Numbered from the stretch's first letter, positions 51,981 through 64,000 are shown. The stretch is 64,000 nucleotides of DNA from Eledone cirrhosa (GCA_964016885.1 OZ024740.1:437534001-437598000), one strand, 5' to 3'. Notes: generated by a model not told the origin, from the sequence alone. A program made the numbers and translations.

Positions 51981-52224
51981 ATTTAGGAACAGTTTAGGTA
52001 TGATACATTTTATTACTAATTATATCTAAATGTTTCTTCTCTCTTCATAATGTATTTTTAACTCTGATACTGGTTCAGTCTGGTTCAAACTGAATTAGTC
52101 TGTCCCAGTCATTCATTGAGCAACATCGGTGAAGTTGGCACCCTTAACTCACAGTTGGGTGCGGATGCATTCATGTATATATGTGTGTGTCCGCATGTAT
52201 CTGTGTTGATGATGATGATGATGA

Positions 52225-52292
<68 letters not shown>

Positions 52293-52294
<2 letters not shown>

Positions 52295-52936
52295 TCATCA
52301 TCATCATCATCAACGTTTAACGTCCGTGTTCCACGCTTGCATGGGTTTGGACGGGGGTAGTCCCACTTGAGGCAAGAGTGATTGTCTTGCTCGCATAGGA
52401 CTGTCTGGCAGGTTTTCTACAGTTGGATGCCCTTCCTAACACCAACCACATTTACAGTGTGGGTCTGGGAGGTTTTTACCGTGTTGCCCACACGGCCACA
52501 TTACAGCGTGGACTGTGTGTTTTTTTGTCGTGACACCTACACGATCTCACTTGTTTCGGCCTGGATGGCGCGGCACCAACATAACTTTACATAGAACGGG
52601 GCGGTGTGGATGGGGTGGGGGTGGCGGCGGGAGGGGTGTATTTTGTTAGAGATGCCTACTGGCAAGGCGGGTCTTCTCTGTTACAGAGTACCGCCAAAGG
52701 TCACGGTCCAGTGACATTGTCTTGGAGAGGTGTAAGTGTGTGAGGTCGGAGTTTATCAGCTCATCCCATGTTTTTCTAGGTCTGCCTATTCCGTGGCTAC
52801 CGTCTATCTTTATTGCCCTGCACTTTGTAATACAGCTATCGACTTTCATGCGCATCACGTGTCCATACCAACGCAGCCTTCTCTCGAGTAAACAACATCT
52901 GATCCCTCTTATCTCTAATTTTTTCCTTAGTTCGTT

Positions 52937-52938
<2 letters not shown>
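52293..52938 (-). mobile_element. RTE LINE family 3, 3' end
   Basis: ERRLRWYGHVMRM...GRPRKTWDELINSDL, UTR, (tga)n. Confidence 0.9.
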
Positions 52939-52971
<33 letters not shown>

Positions 52972-52973
<2 letters not shown>

Positions 52974-53308
52974 AGGCACATGGCTTAGTGGTTAGAGCAT
53001 TGGCCTTGCAATCGAAAGGTTGTGAGTTCAATTCTCAGACCGGTTGATGTGTTGTTTCCTTGAGCAAGACACTTTATTTCACATTGCTCCAGTTTACTCA
53101 GCTGTAGAAATGAGATGATAGGACTGGGGTCCCTCTCATTCCACTGCAAAGTGGTCGTGGAGGTGCCATGGCAAAAAAGCACCCAGCACTCACTGTAAAT
53201 GAGGTTGGTGTTAGGAAGGGCATCCAGCTGTATAAATCAAGCCAGAATCAGTTCCCGTCCCACCCTTGCAAGCAGGGAAAAGTGGACGTAAAATGATGAT
53301 GATGATGA
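52972..53308 (+). mobile_element. CORE-SINE family A
   Basis: Full consensus. Confidence 0.9.
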
Positions 53309-53371
53309 TACATTGAGAACAGAGAGAAAGAAAGACTTATATAGGGGGATTTTATATATATATATATATAT

Positions 53372-53841
53372 CATCATCATTATTTTACGTCCACTTTTCC
53401 CTGCTTGCAAGGTTGGGCCGGGTCTTATTAAGCATGGTATCTCTCTATTCGTCACGGTCCTGTCATCTCCTCCGTGACCTTGAGCAATCTGAGGTCTGCT
53501 CTCACCTCCTCCACCCATGTTTTTCATAGTCTTCCTCTATTGCATCTTCCTTCTACTGGGATTTCTTGTCACTTCTTTACCCAACGGTCATTCTCCATGT
53601 GCATCACATGTCTATACCATCGCAGTCTTCTCTCCCGCACACTACAACCTATCCCTCTTATACACAGTTTCTCTCTCAAATCGTCTATGCCTTCACACAT
53701 TTTGGTATTGCACATCCAAAGGAGCATGCTTGCTACATTTCTCTCCAGCCGTTGCATATCTTCCACAGTTGCTGCCCTTGTCTCACTACCATGCAGCATC
53801 GCGCATCTCACACAGGCACCATATAACCGGCCTTTCGTTCG
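53372..53841 (-). mobile_element. RTE LINE family 1-related 3' end
   Basis: TKGRLYGACVRCAMLHGSET...ERRLRWY. Confidence 0.85.
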
Positions 53842-53881
53842 TATATATGTATGTGTGAGATATATATATATATATATATAT

Positions 53882-54252
53882 GGAGGCACATGGCTTAGTG
53901 GTTAGAGCATTGGCCTTGCAATCGAAAGGTTGTGAGTTCAATTCTCAAACCGGGTGATGTGTTGTGTCCTTGATCAAGACACTTTATTTCACATTGCTCC
54001 ACATTACTCAGCTGTAGAAATGAGATGATAGGACTGGGGTCCCTATCATTCCACTGCAAAGTGGTCGTGGAAGTGTCACGGCAAAAAAGCACCCAGCCCA
54101 CAGTGTAAAGTGGACATGTAGGCGCCACGGAAAAAAGCACCCAGCACTCACTGTAAATGAGGTTGGTGTTAGGAAGGGCATCCAGCTGTAGAAATCAAGC
54201 CAGAATCAGTTCCCGTCTCACCCTTGCAAGCAAGGAAAAGCGGACGTATGAT
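53882..54252 (+). mobile_element. CORE-SINE family A (long variant with duplicated 3' module)
   Basis: Full consensus plus an extra aaaaagcacccagc..tgtaaa module. Confidence 0.9.
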
Positions 54253-54502
54253 GATGGTGATGGTGATGGTGGTGGTGGTGGCAGTGGTGATGATGATGAT
54301 AGATAGATAGATACACATACATATATGTCTAACCCTTGTCAGCAGGGAAAGGGATGTTAAACTATGATGATGATACATGTATAGCTGATAGATTACTTGA
54401 ATCCTAGGATTAACTAGACTGTCATATATTAAAAAAACTTGCTATAGAACAAAATGGTTAACTTTATTTTTAGATTTTTTCCACAAATGATGTATGTATA
54501 TT

Positions 54503-54843
54503 GGAGGTACATGGCTTAGTGGTTAGAGCATTGGCTTTGCAATCAAAAGGTTGTGAGTTCAATTCTCAGACCGGGTGATGTGTTGTTTCCTTGAGCAAGA
54601 CACTTTATTTGACATTGCTCCAGTTTACTGAGCTGTAGAAATGAGATGATAGGGACTGGGATCCCTATCATTCCACTGCAAAGTGGTCGTGGAGGTGCCA
54701 CGGCAAAAAAGCACCCAGCACTCACTGTAAATGAGGTTGGTGTTAGGAAGGGCATCCAGCTGTAGAAATCAAGCCAGAATCAGTTCCCGTCCCACCCTTG
54801 CAAGCAGGGAAAAAGCGGACGTAAAATGAAATGATGATGATGA
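54503..54843 (+). mobile_element. CORE-SINE family A
   Basis: Full consensus. Confidence 0.9.
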
Positions 54844-54992
54844 TATTCTTTTAGTCTCCTCAGAAACATCATCGATTATCGTTTATCTTTCACGCTAACA
54901 TGGGTTAGACAGGTTTGTCCCATTTAGAGGTAAGTTGGGTTGGGTGGCCTTATCTCACTCATATAGGATTGTTTCTGGCTGGTTTTCTATGG

Positions 54993-55451
54993 CTGGATGT
55001 CCTTCCTAATGCTAACAACATTGACAGTGTGTACTGGATGTCCTTCCTAATGCTAACAACATTGACAGTGTGTACTGGATGTCCTTCCTAATGCTAACAA
55101 CATTGACAGTGTGTACTGGATGTCTTTCCTAATGCTAACAACATTGACAGTGTGTACTGGATGTCTTTCCTAATGCTAACAACATTGACAGTGTGTACTG
55201 GATGTCTTTCCTAATGCTAACAACATTGACAGTGTGTACTGGATGTCTTTCCTAATGCTAACAACATTGACAGTGTGTACTGGATGTCTTTCCTAATGCT
55301 AACAACATTGACAGTGTGTACTGGATGTCTTTCCTAATGCTAACAACATTGACAGTGTGTACTGGATGTCCTTCCTAATGCTAACAACATTGACAGTGTG
55401 TACTGGATGTCCTTCCTAATGCTAACAACATTGACAGTGTGTACTGGATGC
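54993..55451. repeat. 41-bp minisatellite, ~11 copies, amplified from an RTE 3' UTR module
   Basis: Unit ctggatgtc(c/t)ttcctaatgctaacaacattgacagtgtgta, continuous with an RTE tail at 54880-54993. Confidence 0.95.
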
Positions 55452-56496
55452 CTTTTGCCGTCTTTTACTCGTCCACTTTATATATATGTATAACCTATGC
55501 TGGCATGGAAAAATGGACATTAAACGATGATGATGATGTATATATTAGCTTTCAGTTTTGTTGTTATATTTGGGGAGGGTCATATTGTCGTAATATTGCC
55601 AAAAATAAAAATAAACTGCACTCATTGGAAGGGTGGAAGGCAAAGTTGACTTGAACAAGATTTGAACTCCGAAAGTTGAGACTGTAATACATTTTTCCAA
55701 TGCTCTACTGATACTGCCAATCCACCAACCTCGATTTCTAATTTTAGGCACAATCTGAGTAATCAGGCGGAGAAGGGGAAAGTCGTTTACATCTACTGCA
55801 ATAAATGACTGGTATTATATTTCATCGCCATCAATTTTATTGTTTGTTCCATAAAATATCTACCTAACAATTTATGTACTCTTGGATCACAAATTTTTTT
55901 ATTGTCTAAAGAAAATTGTCGCAGGAATGTTACTACTTAAAATAACATTTCACTGGAGATACATTAGCAAAATTTAATAAGTGGAGGGGTGGGTTTAAAA
56001 ATTAATAAGCAAGCAGGGGGGGGGGGGGGTTATTTGAGACTCGACAGTATGGATGTTTATTTGTATCCATCCATCCATCCATCTAACTATCTATCTATAT
56101 GTTTACCCAGCATTTCATTTCTATCTGACTATCTTTATTTTTGTGTGTATCTGGTTTAGAATTAGTCCACCATATCCCTGCATGTCATATAAAAGACTAA
56201 AGAGGTTGGTACCAAAGGTATCTACCTTTAAAACATTGCTTCAACAAGAACTAAACCCTTATCAATATACAGTCTGTCATGGGTTCCACATGGTTAAACC
56301 CTGCTTTAGCAGATAAAATGGCCTTAAAGTGCCTGTTTTTATAAGTGGTGTTTGTCTATCTGTAACCCTAATACCACCCTGTGTGATATCATCCTGGTTT
56401 TATAATATAAAACATTTTAAAATGTTCACACTTATATTAAAACTTCAAGATTACTAATGAAAATGTTATATTAAATTCCTCCAAATTATTTTTATC

Positions 56497-56715
56497 TTCT
56501 TCTCCTCCTCCTCCTTCTTGTCCCACTTATTCCTGAGAGGGTCCTGTTGGCAGAATCCTCAAACAATCCATCCAGCGGATCCTGTCAGAAGTAACTGTCT
56601 CCAATTGATCCAGCCGGATCACCAAATGCAACCAACCAAGCTTGTGGATGTTATCCAACCATCTTGCCCGGGGTCTACCCTGGGTCTCCTGCCAGTTGGT
56701 TTTGCCTGTAAAATC
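56497..56715 (-). mobile_element. short RTE-type 3' fragment of another family
   Basis: Minus-strand ILQAKPTGRRP..GRPRARWLDNI..DRIRW; (agg/aga)n tail. Confidence 0.6.
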
Positions 56716-56967
56716 TATCCAGTGATTATTTTTATTATTTTCAGAATTAATTAAAGCTTTTAGATAGTTTAAAATACGGTAACAAGCAGGTTAATACATA
56801 TAAATATAGAGAGGGTGTCTCTAATCCTTAATCTATCTATTTATCGATCTCTCTACCTATCTAGCTATCTGTCGATCCATCTACCTATCTGTCGATCCAT
56901 CTACCTATCTAACTATCTTTATATCTATCTATTTGCTTGTCTATCTGTCTATCTATCTATATATATA

Positions 56968-57946
56968 TAGGAAAATGGGCGACTGGCACATCAAATGTGC
57001 TCAGGCGCTCACAGCCCTCTGGCAGGCGGACCCGGCGATCAGTGGAGACGCCACTTCAACATTCTATAGAGGGTTGATCCGCAGCAAGTGCGACGACGTG
57101 CTCGGTGAAACTCTGGGCGTAGAGGAAGACGAACTGGCCAGTCTGTTCGGTAGGACCTTCCGCCCAGGACCGATGGATAACTTCCAAAAGTCCCTGGCCT
57201 GGTAGTGCTACCGAGGAGCTCTACCAGTTCGAGACAAGCTCTACAGACATGGGCGCCCGGGCAGGGACCCTGCAAAAAAGATCTGTCCGAGGTGCGTACA
57301 AGACGAAGAAACCGTCGCGCACGCATTCATACACTGCCCGGGCGTCACCGACCTGTGGGGCTATGTGGAACAACTATTGTCACGGGTGGGACCAATCCAG
57401 TTGACCACCGAGCCCATTGTCATGATCAAACCGCCACCCTCCTTCAAAAACAAAGGACACGCGGTTTTCCTTTGTGTGATAGCTATGGCGAAAGAGGTTG
57501 TATGGTGGACAAGGTTGAAAGGGCTGAGGTCAGACACCTTTCTCTCCAGCCAACAACTGATTCTTTTTTTCAAATACCACTTTGGAAGAAGAATCAGGAT
57601 GGAGAGAGCTGTACCCCAGCAAGTTTTATGAAAGGTGGGTGAAAGTGGCGAGAATGGCCCGAGTGAATGGGCCTTCTCTCTATATCAGCCTGTATGTTGA
57701 GGAAAAAGAGGAGGAGAGGAAAGGAGTACAAACTCTTTGTACTCCTGGAGATGAGGGTTGCACATTTTTTGGGGGGGGGGGGGGGGGGGTATGTGTTACC
57801 CATATGTAATGTCTCCTCCTATTGGGGAAAATCGATTAATTTTTAAATTGCATTTGTGATAATATTTTACACGTTTTTATTGTATGTAAACTTCCCCCTT
57901 TGTATTTGTCCCCTTCTTTTGTGCCCCTGTGGCTAATAAAGAAACA
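56968..57946 (+). mobile_element. Tx1/L1-clade LINE 3' end, second copy
   Basis: Homologous to 5541-6549; preceded by an (ATCT)n tract. Confidence 0.85.
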
Positions 57947-58052
57947 TATCAATATATATATATAGATATGTTTCTTTATTAGCCACAGGGGCATATATGT
58001 CTGATACCATCAACACTATACACACAGAGCTGGCATATCTAAGAACTGACTA

Positions 58053-58108
58053 ACTGCCTGATGAGATCATAGCCATTCAATGGCTATCATCGAAATATAT
58101 ATAGCAGT
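58053..58108 (+). ncRNA. minimal type I hammerhead ribozyme, intact
   Basis: actgc-CTGATGA-gat c atagccat tca atggctat c atc-GAAA-tatata-TA-gcagt. Confidence 0.85.
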
Positions 58109-58311
58109 AAATAAAGGATTATGAGTTCATGCAATTGACTTTTAATTTAAATAAACTGTTATCTTTTCAACTTTTCGGACACTCATTTGCATACTCACTC
58201 ATAACTTTGTATTACCCTCAATAAATGTAATATCTCCACTATCCAGGAAGCTTCAACCGTTAAGGTTGTCTTTTTCCGGGAATGTCAAAATGTTTTTATA
58301 AAACAAATCTG

Positions 58312-58377
58312 TATTTTATCTGATGAAAGCCCACCATAATTTGCCTTGGCTGCCCTTGAAATATATATAATAAAATA
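58312..58377 (+). ncRNA. minimal type I hammerhead ribozyme
   Basis: tattttat-CTGATGA-aag...ctt-GAAA-tatata-TA-ataaaata; 8-bp stem I, weak stem II. Confidence 0.7.
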
Positions 58378-59399
58378 AATATGGTTTTATAAATATAGTT
58401 TCTATTTATTAATATATTGTATATATATATATATATACGTAGGTCCCGGGTTGAGTCGGGGATAACCACAGTAAGTAAGGTACTCAATACATGGCAGAGT
58501 AAAATTTTTTTATTTTATAGAAGGAGCTTCTACAGGACTAGTACTGTTTCATTCAGATGAAATATATATACCCATCTATCTATCCTTCATCCCATTATTC
58601 TATCTATTAATAACATTTATCTATAGAGTTAGTTTCTGTTCAGTTTGCTTTTAAACTCTTTCCTTTCCCTCTCTCTCTCTCCAAGCAATATACCTTTAAT
58701 AGAGTTACAGTAAAGAAACAGGCTGTCAAAGTTAAGTTTTATTCTAAACACTGTGTGTGCATACGTGTGTGTGTGTTTGCATACGTGTGTGCGTGAATGT
58801 GCATACATGTGTGTGTGTGTGTGCATGTAACTTAAAGGGGTTTATAACAGCCAGTAGCAGTGGTTTTATGCTGTTAAGAGGATGAGATATACATGTTCCC
58901 CTGGGTGTGATGCTAGTCTATTGCATATAGTGTTCCCAGATGAATAAGTGACTATTATTGAGAGCAATGTGTATTCAGGCATACACAGTTAACAGTATTG
59001 CCCAACACAGCAACACATATACAGCTTATACCAGCTCATTGTCTCATACTATATACACTCACACATTTTGCTTCCCTTCGTACACACATATGTGATTGTA
59101 TATATACATGTGTGTGTATGTATGTATATATGTATGTGGGTGTGTATGTATATATGTGTGTGTATGTATATATTTGTGTGTGTGTATGTATATATGTATG
59201 TGTGTGTATGTATATATGTGTGGATGTGTGTGTGTATGCCTGTATATGTGTGTATGTATGTGTGTGTATGTGTATATGTATGTACGTGTGTGTGTTTGTG
59301 TATGTATATATGGATGCCGTACATATATATATTTATATATATAGATAGATATATACACGCTCCCGCATGCACATATTATGTACGTGTGTGTATATATAT

Positions 59400-59733
59400 G
59401 GAGACACATGGCTTAGTGGTTAGAGCATTGGCTTTGTAATCGAAAGGTTGTGAGTTCAATTCTCAGACCGAGTGATGTGTTGTTTCCTTGAGCAAGACAC
59501 TTTATTTGACATTGCTCCAGTTTACTCAGCTGTAGAAATGAGATGATAGGACTTGGGTCCCTATCATTCCACTGCAAAGTGGTCGTGGAGGTGCCACGGC
59601 AAAAAAGCACCCAGCACTCACTGTAAATGAGGTTGGTGTTAGGAAGGGCATCCAGCTGTAGAAATCAAGCCAGGATCAGTTCCCGTCCCACCCTTGCAAG
59701 CAGGGAAAAGCGGACGTAAAATGATATGATGAT
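59400..59733 (+). mobile_element. CORE-SINE family A
   Basis: Full consensus. Confidence 0.9.
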
Positions 59734-60017
59734 GATTATACATAGCTCAGTGTATGTATCATCATCATTTAATGTCCATTTTCCCTGTCTTAACATTTTC
59801 TTCCTCATTCACATTGTATTGACTTTTCCTCCATGTTGGCATGGGTTGGACGGGACCTCTGCAAGTAATGTTTTACAGCTAGATGCCCTTCCTGACACTA
59901 ACCCTTTTAGCTATGTCTTATGACCCACAGTGAAACTATCTTCATATTCTAAACCATATACACATAGTATATGTGTATGTGTTTAACACCCACTTCTCTA
60001 TGCTAGCATGTGTTGTC

Positions 60018-60668
60018 GCATTGATAGACACAGTTTTCAAATGCAGGCAGGTGCTATAGAAGTGGTGGATAACTTCCGGTACCTAGGAGATCAGATTAGC
60101 ATGGGAGGGGGATGTTCCGTGGCCATAGTATTTAGAATAAGGATGGGTTGGAAGAAGTTTAGGGAGCTTCCTCTACTGACAAAGAAGGGTTTCTCCCTGC
60201 GTATGAAAAGCCGGTTATATGATGCCTGTGTGAGGAGTGCGAGGCTGCATGGTAGTGAGACATGGGCAGCAACTGCAGAGGATATGCAACGGCTGGAGGC
60301 AAGCATGCTCCGTTGGATGTACAATGTCAATGTGTGTGAACGACCCAGCATAAATGTGTTGAGAGAGAAACTGTGTCTGAAAGGGATAGAATGTAGTGTG
60401 CGAGAGAGGAGACTGCGGTGTATGGACATGTGATATGCATAGAGGATAACCGATGGGTGAAGAAGTGCCAGGAATTGCCAGTTGAAGGAAGACGTGGTAG
60501 AGGTAGACCACGACAAACATGGGCAGGGGTGGTGAGAACAGACCTCAGATCGCTGAAGCTCACGGTGGAGATGACGAAGGACCGTGACAAGTGGAGAGAT
60601 GCTGTGCTGAATAAGACCCATCCCACCCTTGCAAGCAGGGAAAAGCGGACGTAAAATGATGATGATGA
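60018..60668 (+). mobile_element. RTE LINE family 1, 3' end
   Basis: IEVVDNFRYLGDQI...THPTLASREKRT*, (tga)n. Confidence 0.9.
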
Positions 60669-60746
60669 TATATATATGGTGGTAGAAGACTGGCGAGTTA
60701 TATCCGCAGTAGTAGAGAACTCAGTCCATTGGATGAGTTTGGTAGA

Positions 60747-60850
60747 AGTAGTTCCACAACAATTAATACACCATTAAACCAAGCTGATCATCCATTTGAG
60801 GTGAAACAAATTGTTCTTGGAAATGGTGTATTAACTGTTGTGAAACTACT
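60747..60850 (+). ncRNA. long hairpin capped by a degenerate hammerhead-like junction
   Basis: ~29-bp basal stem; ccaag-CTGATCA-..-GAAA-caaattg-TT-cttgg (G8C). Confidence 0.45.
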
Positions 60851-60980
60851 GTATGTATATGCATATATGTGTGTGTGTATCAACGTCATCATACACATGT
60901 GTTGCCATGGTCTAAGACTAAATTGGTTGGAGAGAGCACATCTTTCTCATCCATTCCCTGTATTATAAAGATCATACATA

Positions 60981-62667
60981 TCATCATCATCACCGTTTTA
61001 TGTCCATTCTTCCACGCTAGCATGGGTTAGATGGGTTGTCCTGTTGTGGGCAGTGTCCGGTCGGCTGACCTTGTCTTGCTCATACAGGAACTGATTCTGG
61101 CTTGATTTCTACAGCTGGATGCCCTTCCTAACACCAACCTCATTTACAGTAAGTGCTGGGTGCTTCTTTCCGTGGCGACTACACAACCACTTTACAGTGT
61201 GGGCTGGGTGCTTTTTTGCCATGGCACCTCCACGACCACTTTGCAGTGGGAGGGTGTGGGAGCATATTGTCAATATGCTTCAGCTTCGGCTTGTACCCGT
61301 GGGGGGGTTGGGTCTTCTGTATTACTGCGTGACGCCAGAGGTCATGGTTGTGTGTCATTGCCTTTGAGAGGTGTAATTGGGTAAGGTCGGCTTTTATCAC
61401 CTCATCCCAGGTCTTCTTGGGTCTCCCCATTCCGCGGTTTGCATTGAGTTCTAGTGCTCTGCACCTTTTTATGCAGCTGTCATCCTTCATACGCATCACA
61501 TGTCCATACCAACGCAACCACCTCTTCTGCACACAGCATTTGATTCCTCTTATGCTCAGTCTCTCTCAATTCATTTATGTTTTGCCGTTTGCGTATATTA
61601 CTATTACACATCCAGGCTTCATTTCTTTCTAATCTACGCAAGTCTTCCACCTTCAGCGCCCAGGTCTCACTACCATCTAACATTGCTGTTCGTATACATG
61701 CATCATACAGTCTGCCTTTCATTTTGAGGGAAAAGCCTTTTGCAGCTAGCAGTGGCAGTAGTTCCCTGAACTTCTTCCATCCCATTCTTACCGAACACCC
61801 ACCTCCACTGCTAATTCGGTCACCTAGGTAGCAGAAGCTGTCTACTGTTTCTACAGAGCCCTCCCAGAGTTTGGTGGTACTTGTTTCCTGTGGCTGTTTG
61901 CTGCTTGCTGTCTCAGTACAGCTGCTACATGTGAAGCCTACATTCTTAGTTAAGCTTCCTGAGATCCCGCTACATCTCTTGTGTACCCATTGTCTGCATT
62001 TGGGGCAGAGAATGGAGTTCCTACCTACACCTTTCCTACATACTGAGCAAGGCCGTTTCCCTGAGGGGATCTGGGTTCTGTTTTCACATCTACTTACAAG
62101 GATCTTAGTCTTTGTCAGGTTGACTTTGAAACCCTTTCTTTCTAGTCCCTGCTTCCAAGTTTGGAATTTCTTCTCTAGTTCTACCATAGATTCAGCTATA
62201 AGTGCGAGGTCATCTGCATACAGGAGTTCCCATGGGCATCCAGTCTTAAACTCCTCTGTTATTGCCTGCAGGACTATGATGAACAGGAGAGGGCTAAGCA
62301 CAGAGCCCTGGTGGACACTGACCTGTATGCTAAATTCCTCGATATACTCATTGCTAATCCTAACTTTGCTGGCTGCTCCCCTATACATGGCTTGTACAGC
62401 TTTCACAAGCCATTCATCTACTCCTAGTTTTCTAAGAGCCCACCAGATTATAGCATGGGGAACTCTGTCAAAGGCTTTCTCAAAATCGACAAGTGCCAGG
62501 TAGAGTGGCTTACGTTTAGCTAAGTACTTTTCCTGTAACTGCCTTACAAGGAAGAGGGCATCTTCTTGGCACAAACCCAAATTGCATCTCATCTAGTTTC
62601 ACCCGCTTCATAATCAACTGTGCTATAACTCTTTCTGTTACTTTCACGACCTGGTCCATCAGCTCTC
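60981..62667 (-). mobile_element. RTE LINE family 2: RT to 3' UTR, with PHD-like insert
   Basis: VDFEKAFD, VHQGSVLSP, LLYADD, FCYLGD; frameshifts; UTR and (tga)n. Confidence 0.95.
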
Positions 62668-62950
62668 CTATACATATATATACATATATACATATATGTG
62701 TGTGTGTGAAGGTGCATGGATGAGTGGTTAGAGAATTGGGTTCATAATCGTGAGGTTGTGAGTTCAATTCCTGGACCAGGCGCTGTGTTATGTCCTTGAG
62801 CAAGACACTTTATTTCACGTTGTTCCTTCTACCTGGAGTTGAGACCGATAGATAGTATTAGCAATTGTAAAGATACATTGTTTCCTTGGTCCGATTTGAT
62901 GAAAGTCAATCGACTGTCGATATGTGTGTGTCTGTGTGTGTATATAAATG

Positions 62951-63020
<70 letters not shown>

Positions 63021-63035
63021 CATTTATATACACAC

Positions 63036-63157
63036 CCTTTACAGTCTGAGTTCAAATCCCGCCGAGGTTAACTTTGCCTTTCATCCTTACGGGGTCGATA
63101 AAATAAAGTACCAGTAATGCACTGGGTAATTGCTGGCCTTGTGCCTAAAGTAGAAAC

Positions 63158-63162
<5 letters not shown>
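63036..63162 (+). mobile_element. SINE family B, 5'-truncated
   Basis: SINE B consensus. Confidence 0.85.
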
Positions 63163-63202
<40 letters not shown>

Positions 63203-63204
<2 letters not shown>

Positions 63205-63937
63205 GCTACGTTGGTACGGTCACGTGATGCGGATGAAAGACGACAGCTGTATAACAAAGTGCAGTGCAATAAAGATAGACGGTAGCCACGGAGTAGGCAG
63301 ACCCAGAAAAACATGGGACGAGCTGATAAATTCCGACCTCACACGCTTACACCTCTCCAAGACAATGTCACTGGACCGAGACCTTTGGCGGTACTCAGTA
63401 ATAGAGAAGACCCGCCTTACCTAAATACAAAGTAAAAACCTACTACAGTCAGTAGGCATCTCTATCAAAACACCCCCTGGTCCCACCACCTCCACCCAAT
63501 CCACATCGCCCCTTTCAATGTAAAGTTATGTTGGTCCCACAACATCCAGGCCGAAACAAATGAGATCGTGTAGGTGTCACGACAAAAAAACACACAGTCC
63601 ACGCTGTAAATGTGGCCGTGTAGGCAACACAGTAAAAACCTCCCAGCCCCACACTGTAAATGTGGTTGGTGTTAGGAAGGGCATCCAGCTGTAGAAAACC
63701 CGCCAGACAGTCCACGCTGTAATGTGGCCGTGTAGGCAACACGGTAAAAACCTCCCAGCCCCACACTGTAAATGTGGTTGGTGTTAGGAAGGGCATCCAA
63801 CTGTAGAAAACCCGCCAGACAGTCCTATGCGAGCAAGACAACCACTCTTGCCTCAAGTGGGAAAACCCCCGTCCAAACCCATGCAAGCGTGGAACACGGA
63901 CGCTAAACCTGATGATGATGATGATGATGATGATGAT
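63203..63937 (+). mobile_element. RTE LINE family 3, 3' end with internal UTR duplication
   Basis: RLRWYGHVMRM...KTWDELINSDL; ~115-bp duplication in the UTR; (tga)n. Confidence 0.9.
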
Positions 63938-64000
63938 ATGGTGGCTGCGAACTCGTTTTCGAGTACGGCCACTACTTTATATCCATGTAGGAGAACCCCT

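Larger units (their letters stand above)
49911..52207. repeat. 591-bp tandem array (~2.7 direct units) plus ~1.15 inverted units, one hammerhead per unit (retrozyme/pLTR-like)
   Basis: Units start at ~49911, 50502, 51093; inversion junction at ~51506; identical 75-aa ORFs 591 bp apart confirm the period. Confidence 0.95.

Noticed and set aside
52972-53045. tRNA-like sequence with A and B boxes
   Set aside because: It is a SINE head continuing into the CORE domain; no proper acceptor stem

Overview
AT-rich, microsatellite-dense animal DNA, most consistent with an octopod cephalopod (inferred from the SINE/LINE repertoire; not proven). The window is almost entirely intronic/intergenic. The one credible host exon is a 183-nt phase 1-1 exon (35805-35987, +) encoding a C2HC finger that resembles the first finger of ZNF423/ZNF521 (Oaz). 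The rest is decayed non-LTR retroelements (several RTE families, Tx1/L1, R4/Dong, CR1, and a Penelope-like RT/GIY-YIG fragment missed by the ORF track), tRNA-derived SINEs, and mini/microsatellites. The main hidden signal is RNA-level. At least 8 near-intact and several degenerate minimal type I hammerhead ribozymes (HHRs) with palindromic stem III occur in unrelated sequence contexts. The most striking are a recent 591-bp tandem plus inverted array (49911-52207), whose four HHRs carry a compensated U3-A8 core (UUGAUAA) and look retrozyme/circRNA-like, and a ~580-bp loop-less palindrome (11092-11669) built from two divergent HHR copies. All motif calls were made by eye; no database searches or folding programs were run.
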